Assembly (NCBI GenBank): GCA_023140385.1
Contig: JAGLLT010000039.1
Coordinates: 34,381 to 98,380 of the forward strand
Reading direction: 5' to 3'
Origin: Candidatus Omnitrophota bacterium
Lineage (GTDB): Bacteria > Omnitrophota > Gorgyraeia > JAGLLT01
Length of the DNA: 64,000 nucleotides
Shown here: positions 18,320-29,296 of the stretch, piece after piece
How positions within the stretch are numbered: the stretch's first letter is position 1
How the letters are laid out: every line of letters starts with the position of its first letter
Notes under the pieces: generated by a model
The model's database searches: none
Seen by the model: the letters and a program-made list of their open reading frames with translations, nothing else
What the model was told of the DNA's origin: nothing
Translations under genes and position numbers: made by a program

Positions 18320-19120
18320 TTGAAAAAAACCATTTTTTTTATATTATTAATCGGTGTTTTATTATCTCAGCCGGCCGCGGCAAATGGGAAGAAAGCGGGC
18401 AGTTTGGGATTGCCCCAGGTTTTAAAGAGGATGCACTTTGTTATTTACCACAACGACCGCTCCTATGCCAATAAGGTGAGCTGGAAGGCGGAGTACAGCT
18501 ATAAAAAGATTTTAAGACATTTTAATGTTCAGGGGTTTCGCCCCTGGGAAGGAAAAGAAAAATGCGTTATATATCTTTTTGAAAACAGAGCTGAGTATAT
18601 AAAAAAATCCAAGGCCCCTGAATGGTCAGGCGGATGCGCCAGAGATAATCCTCCGCGCCTCTATATTTATAAAGGGGCAGAAGATTTGCTAAAAAATACA
18701 CTTCCGCATGAAATAACCCACCTGATTTTTCATGAGTTAATTCCCAGGAGCAAGATTCCCTTATGGCTTGATGAAGGAATGGCTCAATATGAGGAAGATA
18801 AATGGGGTTCGGGTGTTTTTAAGGATTATCTTAAAGATAGAGTGAAGAAGGGTATCTATATCAGTTTTGATGAACTTTTCAGTATGAAGCGTTATCCTTC
18901 CGGCGATGAGAAGATAAGCCTGTTTTACGCGGAGTCGGCGAGCATTATTGATTACCTGAGGAAGAAGCAGATTGCCAGCCTTTTCGGTAAATTTTTGTTG
19001 AAAATCAGGCGCGGGAAGCCGGTTGGTAAAGCCCTTTCGGAAACCTATTATCCCAAGTTTAAATATGGAGTTGCTGATTTAGAGAGAAAATGGAAAAAGT
19101 ACGTAGTAAACAAATATTAG
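18320..19120 (+). CDS. Second secreted peptidase MA-like metallopeptidase
   Basis: Signal peptide; WSGG, LPHEITHL, PLWLDEGMAQY, FYAES. Confidence 0.82.
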   Translation: MKKTIFFILLIGVLLSQPAAANGKKAGSLGLPQVLKRMHFVIYHNDRSYANKVSWKAEYSYKKILRHFNVQGFRPWEGKEKCVIYLFENRAEYIKKSKAPEWSGGCARDNPPRLYIYKGAEDLLKNTLPHEITHLIFHELIPRSKIPLWLDEGMAQYEEDKWGSGVFKDYLKDRVKKGIYISFDELFSMKRYPSGDEKISLFYAESASIIDYLRKKQIASLFGKFLLKIRRGKPVGKALSETYYPKFKYGVADLERKWKKYVVNKY

Positions 19121-21789
19121 AAACCGGCGAAAAAAAGGCCTTTTTGTTAGATGGTACCTCGTTTTGTTATAGAGCCCACTATGCTATAAAAAGCCTGACT
19201 AATTCCAGCGGCAGGCCAACCAATGCTATTTATGGTTTTGTTGTAATGTTAAATAAGATTATTACTGATGAAGCGCCGGAATTTCTTGGTGTAGCTTTTG
19301 ATGTAAAGTCGCCAACCTTCAGACACAAGAAATTTAAAGAATATAAAGCTAACCGCCCGCCGATGCCGGATGAGCTGTCCGAACAAATACCGGTAATTAA
19401 AGAGGTGCTTAAAGCTTATCACATACCGATTTTTGAGAAGGCTGGATATGAGGGTGAAGACATTATAGCTACTCTGGCTAAAGACCTGAAGAAAAAAAGT
19501 ATAAAGGTTTACGTGGCAACCGGCGATAAGGATATTCTGCAGTTAGTTGACGATAATTTAAAAGTTTACAACACCAATAAAGACGGTTTGTTATACGATG
19601 GGGAGATGATAAAGGAGAAATATGGCGTAGGCCCGGAAGCGATTGTAGAGGTAATGGCGCTCATGGGTGATAAGGTGGACAATGTGCCGGGCGTTCCCGG
19701 CATCGGTTTAAAAACGGCGCGAAAGTTAATTCAAGAGTTTGGTACTTTAGAAAAACTATTAAACAGCGCCGACATGATAAAAAATGAAAGACTGTCCAGG
19801 CTTATCAAAGAGCATTCAGCTGACGCCAGGCTATCCAAAGAGCTGATTAAAATTGACTCAGACGTACCCATAGAGGTGGATATAGATAAGTTAAAAAGGA
19901 GAGAGCCGGATAAAGAGAAGCTCTTTATGATTTTTAAGGAGTTAGAGTTTCGAAGACTATTAAAGGAGTTTGCTCCCTCCGGCGGACTAAAGAAGGACTA
20001 TAATTTAATTACCGGGAAAAGAGAATTTGAGAAGCTTATTGAAAGCCTGAAAGATGCCGCTGTTTTTGCCTTTGACTTTGAGACTACCAGCCCTAATCCG
20101 CACGAAGCGGAACTTGTAGGTGTCTCTTTTTCGTGGAAGGAAGGAATCGCGTATTACGTACCCTTAATCGGCCTGGACAAGGGGCGCGAAGGTATTGTTA
20201 GGGACGAGGCCTTATGTTCTTTGAAGTCCATCTTTGAAGACGAAAAGATAAAGAAGGTTGGGCAAAACGTAAAGTATGAAACTATTATACTTACCAGGCA
20301 TAAGATTAACTTAAAAGCAATTTACTTTGATACAATGATAGCTTCTTATGTTTTAAATCCCTCTAAGTCTAACCATAATTTAGAGGATATTTCCCTTGAA
20401 TACCTGGGACACAAGATGATATCTTATCAGGACTTAACCGGTAGGGGCAAAGAGGCTGTCGCGTTAAAGGATGTGGCGCTGGATAAGGTTTGTGAATATG
20501 CCTGTGAAGATTCTGATGTGACCTTCAGATTGCATAATATCCTGAAAGATAAATTAAAAGAAAAGGGACTATTGAAGCTCTATGAAGAGATTGAATTGCC
20601 GCTGATAGAAGTCTTAGCCTATATAGAAATATGCGGTGTGAGCGTTGACAAGAAGAAGCTTGAAGTTATGTCCGGGAGATTAAAGAAGCAGCTGCAGAAA
20701 CTGGAAGATGATATCTTTTGTGAAGCCGGCGTAGAATTTAACATAAGGTCTCCCAAACAGCTTCAGGAGATACTGTTTAACAGACTGAAGCTCCCGGTGA
20801 TTAAGAAGACAAAAACGGGCGCCTCAACTGACGCGGAAGTTCTTAAGAGGCTCTCTTTAGATCATAGCCTGCCCGCTATGATATTAAAATACAGGGAACT
20901 CTCAAAGATTAAAACAACTTATGTTGACAGCCTGCCCAATCTTGTTAATAAACGGACGAAAAGAATACATACTTCTTATAACCAGACCGTAACCCAAACA
21001 GGCAGACTAAGCTCTTCGGGCCCCAACCTGCAGAATATTCCCATAAGAAGTAAGTTGGGCAAGGAAATTAGGGAGGCGTTTGTGCCGGTCTCTGAGGATT
21101 TTCAACTTCTTTCTGCCGATTATTCTCAGATTGAATTAAGGGTTCTTGCTCACCTTTCAGGGGACGGCAATTTAAAAAGAGCTTTTAGGGAGGGCATGGA
21201 TGTTCATACATATACAGCCTCTCTCGTATTTGAGGTTGGGATACAAGAAATTACCGAAGAAATGAGGGCCGTGGCTAAGACTGTAAATTTTTCAATTATC
21301 TACGGTATAAGCGCCTTTGGCCTCTCAAGAGAATTAAACATAGAAATGGCTAAGGCTAAAAGTTTTATTGACAATTATTTCAAAAGGTATCCGGGGGTAA
21401 AAGCGTATATTGACGCCCGGATAAAGGAGGCGGAGGAAGAGGGATATGTTACTACCTTATTCGGCAGGCGCCGGTATATACCGCAGATAAAAAGCGGGGA
21501 TATCTCTCAGGTCAATTTTGCCAGGCGTGTTGCTATTAATACGCCGGTTCAGGGAACGGCGAGTGATTTAATAAAAATCGCAATGGTTAATATATATAAT
21601 GAGTTGAAAAAAAATGGTTTTTTGTCCCAAATGATTATGCAGATTCATGATGAGCTTATTTTTGAAGCGCATAAAGACGAAACGGCTAAATTAAAAAAGA
21701 TGGTTAAAGAAAAAATGGAGCATGTAGTTGTGTTGGACATTCCCATAAAGGTAGATATCAAGGTGGGCAAAAGTTGGGCGGAATGCTGA
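19090..21789 (+). CDS. polA: DNA polymerase I
   Basis: 5'-3' exonuclease LLDG..YRA, 3'-5' exonuclease FDFET, polymerase motifs SADYSQIELR, AKTVNF..IYG, QIHDEL. Confidence 0.97.
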   Translation: MEKVRSKQILETGEKKAFLLDGTSFCYRAHYAIKSLTNSSGRPTNAIYGFVVMLNKIITDEAPEFLGVAFDVKSPTFRHKKFKEYKANRPPMPDELSEQIPVIKEVLKAYHIPIFEKAGYEGEDIIATLAKDLKKKSIKVYVATGDKDILQLVDDNLKVYNTNKDGLLYDGEMIKEKYGVGPEAIVEVMALMGDKVDNVPGVPGIGLKTARKLIQEFGTLEKLLNSADMIKNERLSRLIKEHSADARLSKELIKIDSDVPIEVDIDKLKRREPDKEKLFMIFKELEFRRLLKEFAPSGGLKKDYNLITGKREFEKLIESLKDAAVFAFDFETTSPNPHEAELVGVSFSWKEGIAYYVPLIGLDKGREGIVRDEALCSLKSIFEDEKIKKVGQNVKYETIILTRHKINLKAIYFDTMIASYVLNPSKSNHNLEDISLEYLGHKMISYQDLTGRGKEAVALKDVALDKVCEYACEDSDVTFRLHNILKDKLKEKGLLKLYEEIELPLIEVLAYIEICGVSVDKKKLEVMSGRLKKQLQKLEDDIFCEAGVEFNIRSPKQLQEILFNRLKLPVIKKTKTGASTDAEVLKRLSLDHSLPAMILKYRELSKIKTTYVDSLPNLVNKRTKRIHTSYNQTVTQTGRLSSSGPNLQNIPIRSKLGKEIREAFVPVSEDFQLLSADYSQIELRVLAHLSGDGNLKRAFREGMDVHTYTASLVFEVGIQEITEEMRAVAKTVNFSIIYGISAFGLSRELNIEMAKAKSFIDNYFKRYPGVKAYIDARIKEAEEEGYVTTLFGRRRYIPQIKSGDISQVNFARRVAINTPVQGTASDLIKIAMVNIYNELKKNGFLSQMIMQIHDELIFEAHKDETAKLKKMVKEKMEHVVVLDIPIKVDIKVGKSWAEC

Positions 21790-21806
21790 AGATAAGAGGA
21801 GTATGA

Positions 21807-22403
21807 ATGAAGGTTATCGGGGTTACCGGAAGTTACAAAAGCGGCAAAAGTACGGTAAGCAGGATGTTTTGGGAGTTGGGAGCGAGAATAATTGATGCTG
21901 ATAAGATGGGCCATGAAGCTCTGCTTCCTCAAAAAGAGACTTATGAAAGGGTAGTAACTGTTTTTGGCCGCGGTATTCTTGATAAGTCAGGCAGGATAGA
22001 TAGAAAAAAACTGGCTGCTATAGTTTTTAGTAATGCCGGCAGGCTTAACAAACTTAACAAAATAATTCATCCGGAGGTTATAGGGAGAATAAAGAATGAA
22101 ATAGCGGAAGCAAAAATAGAAGTGCCGCAGCCGGTTATTATTGTTGAGGCACCCCTATTATATGAAGCAGGCATAACGCGGATGATGAGTAAGATAATAG
22201 TAGTTGATTTAAGTTATGAGCGGCAAATAAAAAGGGCGTTTGAAAGCGGGATTGGTTCTCAAGGAGAGATAAAGGAGAGAATATCAAGCCAGATGCCCCT
22301 TGATGAAAAGAAAAGGCTGGCTGATTTTATAATTAACAATAATGGGAGCATGGAAGAAACAAAAAGACAGGTAGAAACTATTTGGAAAAAAATAAAGGAG
22401 TAA
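21807..22403 (+). CDS. coaE: Dephospho-CoA kinase
   Basis: IGVTGSYKSGKST, IDAD, IDRKKLA, IIHP, SQM; follows polA. Confidence 0.95.
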   Translation: MKVIGVTGSYKSGKSTVSRMFWELGARIIDADKMGHEALLPQKETYERVVTVFGRGILDKSGRIDRKKLAAIVFSNAGRLNKLNKIIHPEVIGRIKNEIAEAKIEVPQPVIIVEAPLLYEAGITRMMSKIIVVDLSYERQIKRAFESGIGSQGEIKERISSQMPLDEKKRLADFIINNNGSMEETKRQVETIWKKIKE

Positions 22404-22409
22404 GAAACT

Positions 22410-23696
22410 ATGGCAGTAAATCAGGAAGTAAGCCACAAAGATGAGTTAAACATTGAGAATTTGAAAAAGATGAAAATGACAGAATTGACGAAGCTGGCTT
22501 CTAAGTTGAATATCAACGGAGTCAGTAATCTGAAAAAGCAGGAGATGATTTTTAAGCTTCTTCAAGCAAGCGCCGAAAAGAGCGGGAATATGTTTGGAGA
22601 GGGAGTGTTGGAGGTTTTACCTGACGGTTTCGGTTTCTTGCGCTCTCCCAACTATAATTATTTGCCGTGTCCCGATGACATTTATATTTCACCTTCTCAG
22701 ATTAAGAAATTTTCGCTGAGAACCGGCGATGTAGTCAGCGGACAGATAAGGCCGCCAAAAGAGAGTGAAAAGTATTTTGCCCTTTTAAGAGTGGAGGCTG
22801 TTGATTTTGAAAGTCCGGAGAAGTCAAAAGAGAAGATACTTTTTGATAATCTTACTCCTCTTTATCCGCGGGAAAGGTTTATTCTTGAGACAACACCCGA
22901 TGAGATTTCTATGCGAATTATGGACTTGCTGACTCCGATAGGAAAGGGCCAGCGCGGACTAATTGTTGCTCCGCCCTACAGCGGAAAGACGGTTCTTCTG
23001 CAGGAGTTTGCCAACAGTATAACGATTAATTATCCCGATGCGGTATTGATGGTTCTTTTGATTGACGAAAGGCCGGAAGAAGTTACTGATATGCAGAGGT
23101 CTGTAAGGGGAGAGGTGATAAGTTCTACTTTTGATGAGCCGCCGGTTAGGCACGTTCAGGTGGCCGAGATGGTTTTAGAAAAGGCAAAAAGATTGGTTGA
23201 AAGGCATAAGGATGTTGTGATATTATTAGATAGTATTACCAGGCTGGCAAGGGCCTATAACTCGGTCGTACCCCACTCAGGCAGGATATTGTCAGGAGGA
23301 GTAGATGCTGCTTCTATCGAAAAACCCAAGAGATTCTTCGGGGCGGCCAGATGCGTTGAGGAGGGTGGAAGCCTGACGATTATTGCTACCGCCTTAATTG
23401 ACACTGGCTCTCGTATGGACGATGTAATATTTGAGGAGTTTAAGGGAACCGGCAATATGGAGCTTACTTTAGACAGAAACCTTTTTCATAGAAGGATTTA
23501 CCCGGCCATAGATATAAAACGCTCAAACACCAGAAAGGAAGAGCTGTTGTATGATTCGGAGGAGCTAAAAAGAATCTGGATACTCAGAAAAGCTCTTGGT
23601 GAAGCGACAAGCTTAGAAGCCCTTGAACTCTTGATAAACAAAATAAAGAAGACAAAAAGCAACGCCGAATTTTTACTGTCACTGAAGGATATTTAA
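22410..23696 (+). CDS. rho: Transcription termination factor Rho
   Basis: [43 protein letters not shown]. Confidence 0.98.
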   Translation: MAVNQEVSHKDELNIENLKKMKMTELTKLASKLNINGVSNLKKQEMIFKLLQASAEKSGNMFGEGVLEVLPDGFGFLRSPNYNYLPCPDDIYISPSQIKKFSLRTGDVVSGQIRPPKESEKYFALLRVEAVDFESPEKSKEKILFDNLTPLYPRERFILETTPDEISMRIMDLLTPIGKGQRGLIVAPPYSGKTVLLQEFANSITINYPDAVLMVLLIDERPEEVTDMQRSVRGEVISSTFDEPPVRHVQVAEMVLEKAKRLVERHKDVVILLDSITRLARAYNSVVPHSGRILSGGVDAASIEKPKRFFGAARCVEEGGSLTIIATALIDTGSRMDDVIFEEFKGTGNMELTLDRNLFHRRIYPAIDIKRSNTRKEELLYDSEELKRIWILRKALGEATSLEALELLINKIKKTKSNAEFLLSLKDI

Positions 23697-23713
23697 AGAA
23701 AGGAAATAGTAAA

Positions 23714-23914
23714 ATGAAAGATAAGCTTCATCCGGAGTATAAGGAAAGCACTATTAGTTGCGCTTGCGGGAATGTGGTGCATACCCGTTCAACTAAGCAG
23801 AACATTAAGGTTGAAATTTGCAGTAAGTGTCATCCGTTTTTTACCGGCACTCAAAAACTGGTTGATTCGGCGGGCCGCGTTGAACGGTTCAGGAAAAAAT
23901 ACGGCAAGAAATAA
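23714..23914 (+). CDS. rpmE: 50S ribosomal protein L31 (Zn-binding type)
   Basis: [20 protein letters not shown]. Confidence 0.97.
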   Translation: MKDKLHPEYKESTISCACGNVVHTRSTKQNIKVEICSKCHPFFTGTQKLVDSAGRVERFRKKYGKK

Positions 23915-23916
23915 AG

Positions 23917-24978
23917 ATGTTTAAACAATTAGACACTTTATTAAAGCGCTTCGATGAGGTTCAGAAGCTTCTTGTTGACCCGGAGGTAATCTCTAACAGC
24001 CGCAGGTATCAGCAGCTTGCCAAAGAGAGGGCTCATTTAGAGCCGGCGGCGCTAAAGTACAGGCAGTTTCAGAAGAATGAGAATGATATCAGAGAGATAG
24101 ATGGCCTGTTAAAAGAAAAGCAGACGGAGAAAGACTTTTCTGAACTTGTTGTATCAGAAAAAAAAAGGTTGAACGAAGAAGGCCTGAAACTCAAGGAGGA
24201 ACTGGAGGAATTTCTTTTTGAGCGGGAGGAGGGCCTGGACAGGAATATTATTATGGAGATCAGGGCGGGAACGGGAGGAGAAGAGGCCGCTCTTTTTGCC
24301 GCCGATCTCTTTAAGATGTATTCGAAATATGCTCAATCCAAGGGTTATAAAGTTGACATTCTGAGTTCTCATCCTTCGGCAGGCGCCGGCTTTAAAGAGA
24401 TAATTTTTTCTGTTGAAGGCAGGATGGTGTATAAGATATTCAGATATGAAAGCGGTACTCACCGGGTGCAAAGGGTTCCGGCCACCGAGACCTCAGGCAG
24501 AATACATACTTCAGCGGCTACGGTCGCTGTTCTGTTGGAGGCGGAAGAGGTTGATTTGAAGATTGACCCGGGTGAACTGAAAATTGACACTTACCGTTCC
24601 TCGGGAGCCGGGGGCCAGCACGTCAACGTAACAGATTCTGCCGTACGTATTACGCATTTACCGACTAATACGGTGGTCAGTTGTCAGGACGAACGGTCCC
24701 AGATGAAAAACAGGGCCAAAGCAATGAAAGTTTTGCGGGCCAGGATTCTTGATAAGTTAGAAAAGGAAAAGCAACGTGAGATTTCAAAATCAAGAAAGTC
24801 TCAGGTAGGCACCGGAGACAGGTCTCAAAAAATCAGGACATATAATTTTCCTGACAGACGGGTTACCGATCACCGCATACATTTAACCCTTTACAGGCTG
24901 GAAAGCATACTGGAAGGCGACATGGAAGAGCTGATAACCGCCCTCCTTAAAGAAGATAGAAAGCGTTCTTTAAAATGA
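23917..24978 (+). CDS. prfA: Peptide chain release factor 1
   Basis: [14 protein letters not shown] motif, [15 protein letters not shown]. Confidence 0.97.
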   Translation: MFKQLDTLLKRFDEVQKLLVDPEVISNSRRYQQLAKERAHLEPAALKYRQFQKNENDIREIDGLLKEKQTEKDFSELVVSEKKRLNEEGLKLKEELEEFLFEREEGLDRNIIMEIRAGTGGEEAALFAADLFKMYSKYAQSKGYKVDILSSHPSAGAGFKEIIFSVEGRMVYKIFRYESGTHRVQRVPATETSGRIHTSAATVAVLLEAEEVDLKIDPGELKIDTYRSSGAGGQHVNVTDSAVRITHLPTNTVVSCQDERSQMKNRAKAMKVLRARILDKLEKEKQREISKSRKSQVGTGDRSQKIRTYNFPDRRVTDHRIHLTLYRLESILEGDMEELITALLKEDRKRSLK

Positions 24979-25793
24979 CCAAAAAAATAGTTATGATATT
25001 GTCTTTTATGTTTATATTTACATGCGCGGCCAGCATTCGGCTTTCTGCCGATAACTTCCTAGAGAAGCGCCGCCGTGCGTTATTAAAGGAGATGAGGGCC
25101 AAAACAGATGTAAAGCAAGAGGGAAGGATGTGCCGCTCAGAGAACTTCAATGTTATTACGGACAAAAAAAGTATCGAGGAGTTTGGCGTAAAAAATACAA
25201 AAAAATTTGAGGCTTCAATGCTCAGGATATGTTATATATTGGAAGAAGCCCACAGAATTACAAGAAAGATTACCGGTATATCTACTTCGGGCAAATATGT
25301 TATAAATATTTTATCACCGGAGATTTTCGAGAAAAAATGGGGAAGATCGGGGGATGACTTAGTATATTACAGCGGTTCACGTTTCTGGATGGCTATGCCG
25401 ATTGAGGTTATGCGAAATCCCCTTGATGATTCACCTGATACGATAGCCCGCCTCTGCAACACATTTGCCCTGATGTTTATTTATGGAAAACAGGGTTCTA
25501 GGTTTGATGCTGCTGATGCCTCAAGGTTCCGGGAGTATATAGAGGAGTTGGGCGTGAAGTTATCTTCATGGAATCATAGTTTGTCCTCCCAAGAAAAGAA
25601 AGGAATAGTAAGCGAGATAGATAAGGAGTACACCTTTTTATTTAAAAAGTACCCTGACCTGTTTAAGAAAAAAAGTGTTAATAAAAAGACTATGAAATGC
25701 AGGTGGTGCAAAAAAGAGATTAATATAACGGGCAAAAGAAGGGGATCGCGGATTAAATGTCCGCATTGCGGTAAGAGTGTTAACATAAAATAG
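24975..25793 (+). CDS. Hypothetical exported protein with C-terminal zinc ribbon
   Basis: Signal-peptide-like N-terminus; CRWC-x15-CPHC at the C-terminus; translationally coupled to prfA and prmC. Confidence 0.7.
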   Translation: MTKKIVMILSFMFIFTCAASIRLSADNFLEKRRRALLKEMRAKTDVKQEGRMCRSENFNVITDKKSIEEFGVKNTKKFEASMLRICYILEEAHRITRKITGISTSGKYVINILSPEIFEKKWGRSGDDLVYYSGSRFWMAMPIEVMRNPLDDSPDTIARLCNTFALMFIYGKQGSRFDAADASRFREYIEELGVKLSSWNHSLSSQEKKGIVSEIDKEYTFLFKKYPDLFKKKSVNKKTMKCRWCKKEINITGKRRGSRIKCPHCGKSVNIK

Positions 25794-25794
25794 A

Positions 25795-26670
25795 ATGGGT
25801 AAGTTTTTGAGCAAAACATTAAGGGCCTGCCTGGAGAGCGCGGATGAGATTTTCAGAGATAACGGAATAAGAAATTCCCGCCTGGAAGTCGAGGTTCTTT
25901 TTTGCGCGGCTTTAAGAATTAAAAGGCTGAATTTATACATTGATGAGATTAATCTTGGAGATAACCGGTTTAACATAATAAACGAATGGATAAAAAGGCG
26001 GCTTGCGGGTGAACCCCTGGCCTATATAGTCGGCAGCGCCGTTTTTTACGGCCTTGAATTTAAGGTTGATAAGGGGGTTTTGATACCGCGTGCCGAAACT
26101 GAACTTCTGGTTGAAAAAGTCCTTAATATTATTAAAGACAGTGAGTTAAGCAAACCGGTCATCGCGGATATAGGAACAGGCTGCGGAAATATTGCTATTT
26201 CATTGACAAAATGGCTAAGTAGTTGTAAAATGATCGCTACTGACATTTCCGGCTTAGCGTTAAAGGTAGCCGGTGAAAATGCTAAAAGGTACGGCTTTGA
26301 AGGAAGAATTACCTTTTTAAAAGGTGATCTGTTTAAGCCTCTTGAGGGCTTTAAAGAACAAATAGATATCATAGTCTCTAATCCGCCCTATGTAAGTACT
26401 TGTGAATTAAATAAGTTGCAGCGTGAAGTTAGAGAAGAACCGCTTTTGGCGCTCGCGGGCGGCAGGAACGGTTTGTTGTTTTATAGAAAAATAATTAAAG
26501 AAGCCCATCTTTTTTTGAAACCATTGGGTTTTTTGGTGTTAGAGCTGGGCAAAGGACGCCTTAAAGGGGTTAATGAGATGCTTTCATCAGCCGGCCAGTA
26601 TAAAAAAACAGGGATTCTTAAGGATTATAGCGGCATAGACAGAATAATAGTCTGCCAAAAAATAAAGTAA
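25795..26670 (+). CDS. prmC: Release factor glutamine methyltransferase
   Basis: RRLAGEPLAYI, VLIPRAETE, DIGTGCG, VSNPPY. Confidence 0.96.
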   Translation: MGKFLSKTLRACLESADEIFRDNGIRNSRLEVEVLFCAALRIKRLNLYIDEINLGDNRFNIINEWIKRRLAGEPLAYIVGSAVFYGLEFKVDKGVLIPRAETELLVEKVLNIIKDSELSKPVIADIGTGCGNIAISLTKWLSSCKMIATDISGLALKVAGENAKRYGFEGRITFLKGDLFKPLEGFKEQIDIIVSNPPYVSTCELNKLQREVREEPLLALAGGRNGLLFYRKIIKEAHLFLKPLGFLVLELGKGRLKGVNEMLSSAGQYKKTGILKDYSGIDRIIVCQKIK

Positions 26671-26677
26671 AGCAAAG

Positions 26678-27940
26678 ATGGATAAGGTTGTTATAAATGG
26701 CGGCAGAAGACTAGAAGGGCAGATTACGGTTAGCGGGGCGAAGAACGCGGTATTGCCGATTTTAGCCGCTACTCTGTTGACAGAAGATAAGTCAGTTATA
26801 AAAAATGTGCCCCGCGTGGTTGATGTCCAGACTATAATTAAGATAATTGAAGCTCTGGGTGTTCAGGTTAATAATGAGGGAGACAGGGTTGAAGTTATCC
26901 CCGGCAGATATACTTCATTTACGGCGCCCTATGAGTTAGTCAGCACAATGCGGGCGTCTGTATGCGTTTTGGGGGCTCTTTTAGCAAAAGTGGGCCGGGC
27001 AAGGGTATCTATGCCGGGCGGCTGTGTAATTGGTCTTAGGCCGGTAGATTTACATTTAAAGGGGTTAAGGGCGTTAGGGGCCAAGATAAAGTTCAACCAC
27101 GGATACATCGATGCTGTTTCTTCCTGCTTGAGGGGGGCCGATATCTATCTGGGGGGAGCCTTTGGTTCCAGTGTTTTGGCAACGGCCAATGTAATGATGG
27201 CGGCAACTCTGGCAAAAGGCAGGACTGTAATAGAAGGCGCGGCCTGCGAACCGGAGATAGTCGACTTAGGAAATTTTTTAAATAAAATGGGTGCCGGGAT
27301 TTCCGGGCACAACTCACCCGTTATAGTAATAGATGGAGTTAAGAAGCTTCACGGCGCGGAGCATACGGTTATTGCCGACAGGATTGAGGCCGGTACTTAT
27401 ATGATAGCCGGCGCCATTACTAAGGGTGATATAACCCTGAAAAATGTCTGTTTTTCTCATTTGGGGGCTGTAATAGACAAACTCAAAGAGGCGGGGGTGG
27501 ACATCTTAAAGGGTAATGGTTTTCTGAGAGTCAGACGCGAAAAGGAACTAAAACCCATAGATGTAACCACATTACCTTATCCGGGCTTTCCGACTGATTT
27601 ACAGGCGCAGATGACAGCCTTGATGGCGGTAGCCGGCGGAATTAGCATCATTACGGAGAAAATATACCCCGGACGCTTTATGCACGTCAGTGAGTTAAAT
27701 AGAATGGGAGCGGAAATATATATTGAGGGTCCCAGCGCCATAGTTAAAGGTGTTAAATCATTAAGCGGGGCGCCGGTGATGGCATCTGATTTAAGGGCGT
27801 CAGCGGCCCTGATACTTGCCGGACTTACGGCTAAGGGCAAAACAGAAGTTTCGCGTATTTATCATCTCGACAGGGGCTATGAGAAAATAGAAGATAAATT
27901 ATCCGTATTGGGAGCTGATATTTTGAGGCAAAAGGAGTAA
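26678..27940 (+). CDS. murA: UDP-N-acetylglucosamine 1-carboxyvinyltransferase
   Basis: SGAKNA, MRAS, PGGCVIG.RPVDLH, YPGFPTDLQ, SDLRAS, LDRGYE. Confidence 0.98.
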   Translation: MDKVVINGGRRLEGQITVSGAKNAVLPILAATLLTEDKSVIKNVPRVVDVQTIIKIIEALGVQVNNEGDRVEVIPGRYTSFTAPYELVSTMRASVCVLGALLAKVGRARVSMPGGCVIGLRPVDLHLKGLRALGAKIKFNHGYIDAVSSCLRGADIYLGGAFGSSVLATANVMMAATLAKGRTVIEGAACEPEIVDLGNFLNKMGAGISGHNSPVIVIDGVKKLHGAEHTVIADRIEAGTYMIAGAITKGDITLKNVCFSHLGAVIDKLKEAGVDILKGNGFLRVRREKELKPIDVTTLPYPGFPTDLQAQMTALMAVAGGISIITEKIYPGRFMHVSELNRMGAEIYIEGPSAIVKGVKSLSGAPVMASDLRASAALILAGLTAKGKTEVSRIYHLDRGYEKIEDKLSVLGADILRQKE

Positions 27941-27985
27941 TATTTTTAATTTTCCGTCTTATGGCGGAGAGGAAGGAGTTTTAAA

Positions 27986-28228
27986 ATGTCAACGAGAATC
28001 AGATTAAAAAGAATTGGCACAAAAAAAAGAGCGGTTTACAGAATTGTGGTCTGCGACAGCAGGTCATCAAGAGATGGCAGTGTTATTGAAGAGCTCGGCA
28101 CCTACGACCCCAATCAGATGCCCGAATTGATTCAGTTAAAGAAAGAAAGGGCGAAATATTGGGTCGGGGAGGGAGCCGTCAGCAGTCGGACGGTAGAAAG
28201 TATTCTAAAAAAGCAGGAAATAAAGTAA
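27986..28228 (+). CDS. rpsP: 30S ribosomal protein S16
   Basis: IRLKRIG.K.R..YRIVV.DSR..RDG..IEELGTYDP. Confidence 0.97.
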   Translation: MSTRIRLKRIGTKKRAVYRIVVCDSRSSRDGSVIEELGTYDPNQMPELIQLKKERAKYWVGEGAVSSRTVESILKKQEIK

Positions 28229-28235
28229 TCTTTTA

Positions 28236-28934
28236 ATGCTGAAGATAGACGTTATAACTATTTTTCCGGAGATGTTCAAAGCGGTGACTGGTGAGTCGAT
28301 AATTAAAAGGGCCTGCCAGAAAAAAAAGATTAGGATAGAGATTTATAACTTAAGAGATTTTACGGATAACACGCATAGAAAGGTTGATGAACGGCCGTTT
28401 GGCGGCGGTCCGGGTATGCTGATAAGTCCCGAGCCTGTTTTTAAAGCCGTAAAAAAGATTAAAGGAAGAAGAAAAAAAACAAAAGTTATACTTCTTACTC
28501 CTCAGGGTGTTAAGTTTGAACAGAAAACTGCCGGAAGATTAAGCAGAGAAACGCACCTGATATTTATCTGTCCCCGCTATGAAGGAATTGATGAGCGGGT
28601 AAGGTTGAAGCTGGTAGATGAAGAGATATCTATAGGCGATTATGTGTTAACCGGAGGGGAACTACCGGCTTTGGTAGTAATAGATGCCATTACGCGGTTA
28701 ATTCCCGGTGTTCTGGGAGACAGTGAGTCGGCTATATCAGACTCATTTGAGAATAACCTGTTAGAGCATCCTCAGTACACGCGGCCGGCAAACTTCAGAG
28801 GATTAAAAGTGCCGGAGGTTTTACTTTCAGGAAACCACAGGTTAATTAAAGAGTGGAAAAGGAAACAGTCTCTTTTAAGAACAAAAAGAAAGAGGCCGGA
28901 TTTGTTAAAAAAAGAAAGGAACAATCATGAATAA
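28236..28934 (+). CDS. trmD: tRNA (guanine-N1)-methyltransferase
   Basis: VDERPFGGGPGM, RYEGIDER, SIGDYVLTGGE, YTRP, LLSGNH. Confidence 0.97.
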   Translation: MLKIDVITIFPEMFKAVTGESIIKRACQKKKIRIEIYNLRDFTDNTHRKVDERPFGGGPGMLISPEPVFKAVKKIKGRRKKTKVILLTPQGVKFEQKTAGRLSRETHLIFICPRYEGIDERVRLKLVDEEISIGDYVLTGGELPALVVIDAITRLIPGVLGDSESAISDSFENNLLEHPQYTRPANFRGLKVPEVLLSGNHRLIKEWKRKQSLLRTKRKRPDLLKKERNNHE

Positions 28935-29277
28935 GGTTGCGTTAATTGAAAAAGAACAGGTCAAGAAAGATATGCCGGCTTTTAAGGCGGGAGATACCGT
29001 TAAGGTGTACGTGCGTATTAAAGAGGACGAAAAAGAACGCCTCCAGGTTTTTGAAGGGATTGTTCTCGGCATTAATGGCGGGGGAGTCAGCAAAACCTTT
29101 ATAGTGAGAAAGATATCCTATGGTGTGGGAGTAGAGAGAACATTTCCGGTTTATTCACCCAATGTGCAGAAGATTCAGGTTATTAAAAGAAGCAAGATGA
29201 AAAGGTCGAAACTTTTTTATTTAAGGGATAGAGTAAGTAAAAAGTTTAAGGTTGAAGAAGAGTGGGGCAAGCGGTAG
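28927..29277 (+). CDS. rplS: 50S ribosomal protein L19
   Basis: FKAGDTVKV, RLQVFEG, RKISYGVGVERTFP. Confidence 0.97.
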   Translation: MNKVALIEKEQVKKDMPAFKAGDTVKVYVRIKEDEKERLQVFEGIVLGINGGGVSKTFIVRKISYGVGVERTFPVYSPNVQKIQVIKRSKMKRSKLFYLRDRVSKKFKVEEEWGKR

Positions 29278-29296
29278 GAGCCTGAAACCTTAGATA

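Noticed and set aside
27953-27968. Mini-hairpin TCCGTC-TTAT-GGCGGA before the rpsP RBS
   Set aside because: Single short occurrence; it may be related to the hairpin elements but cannot be supported from this window
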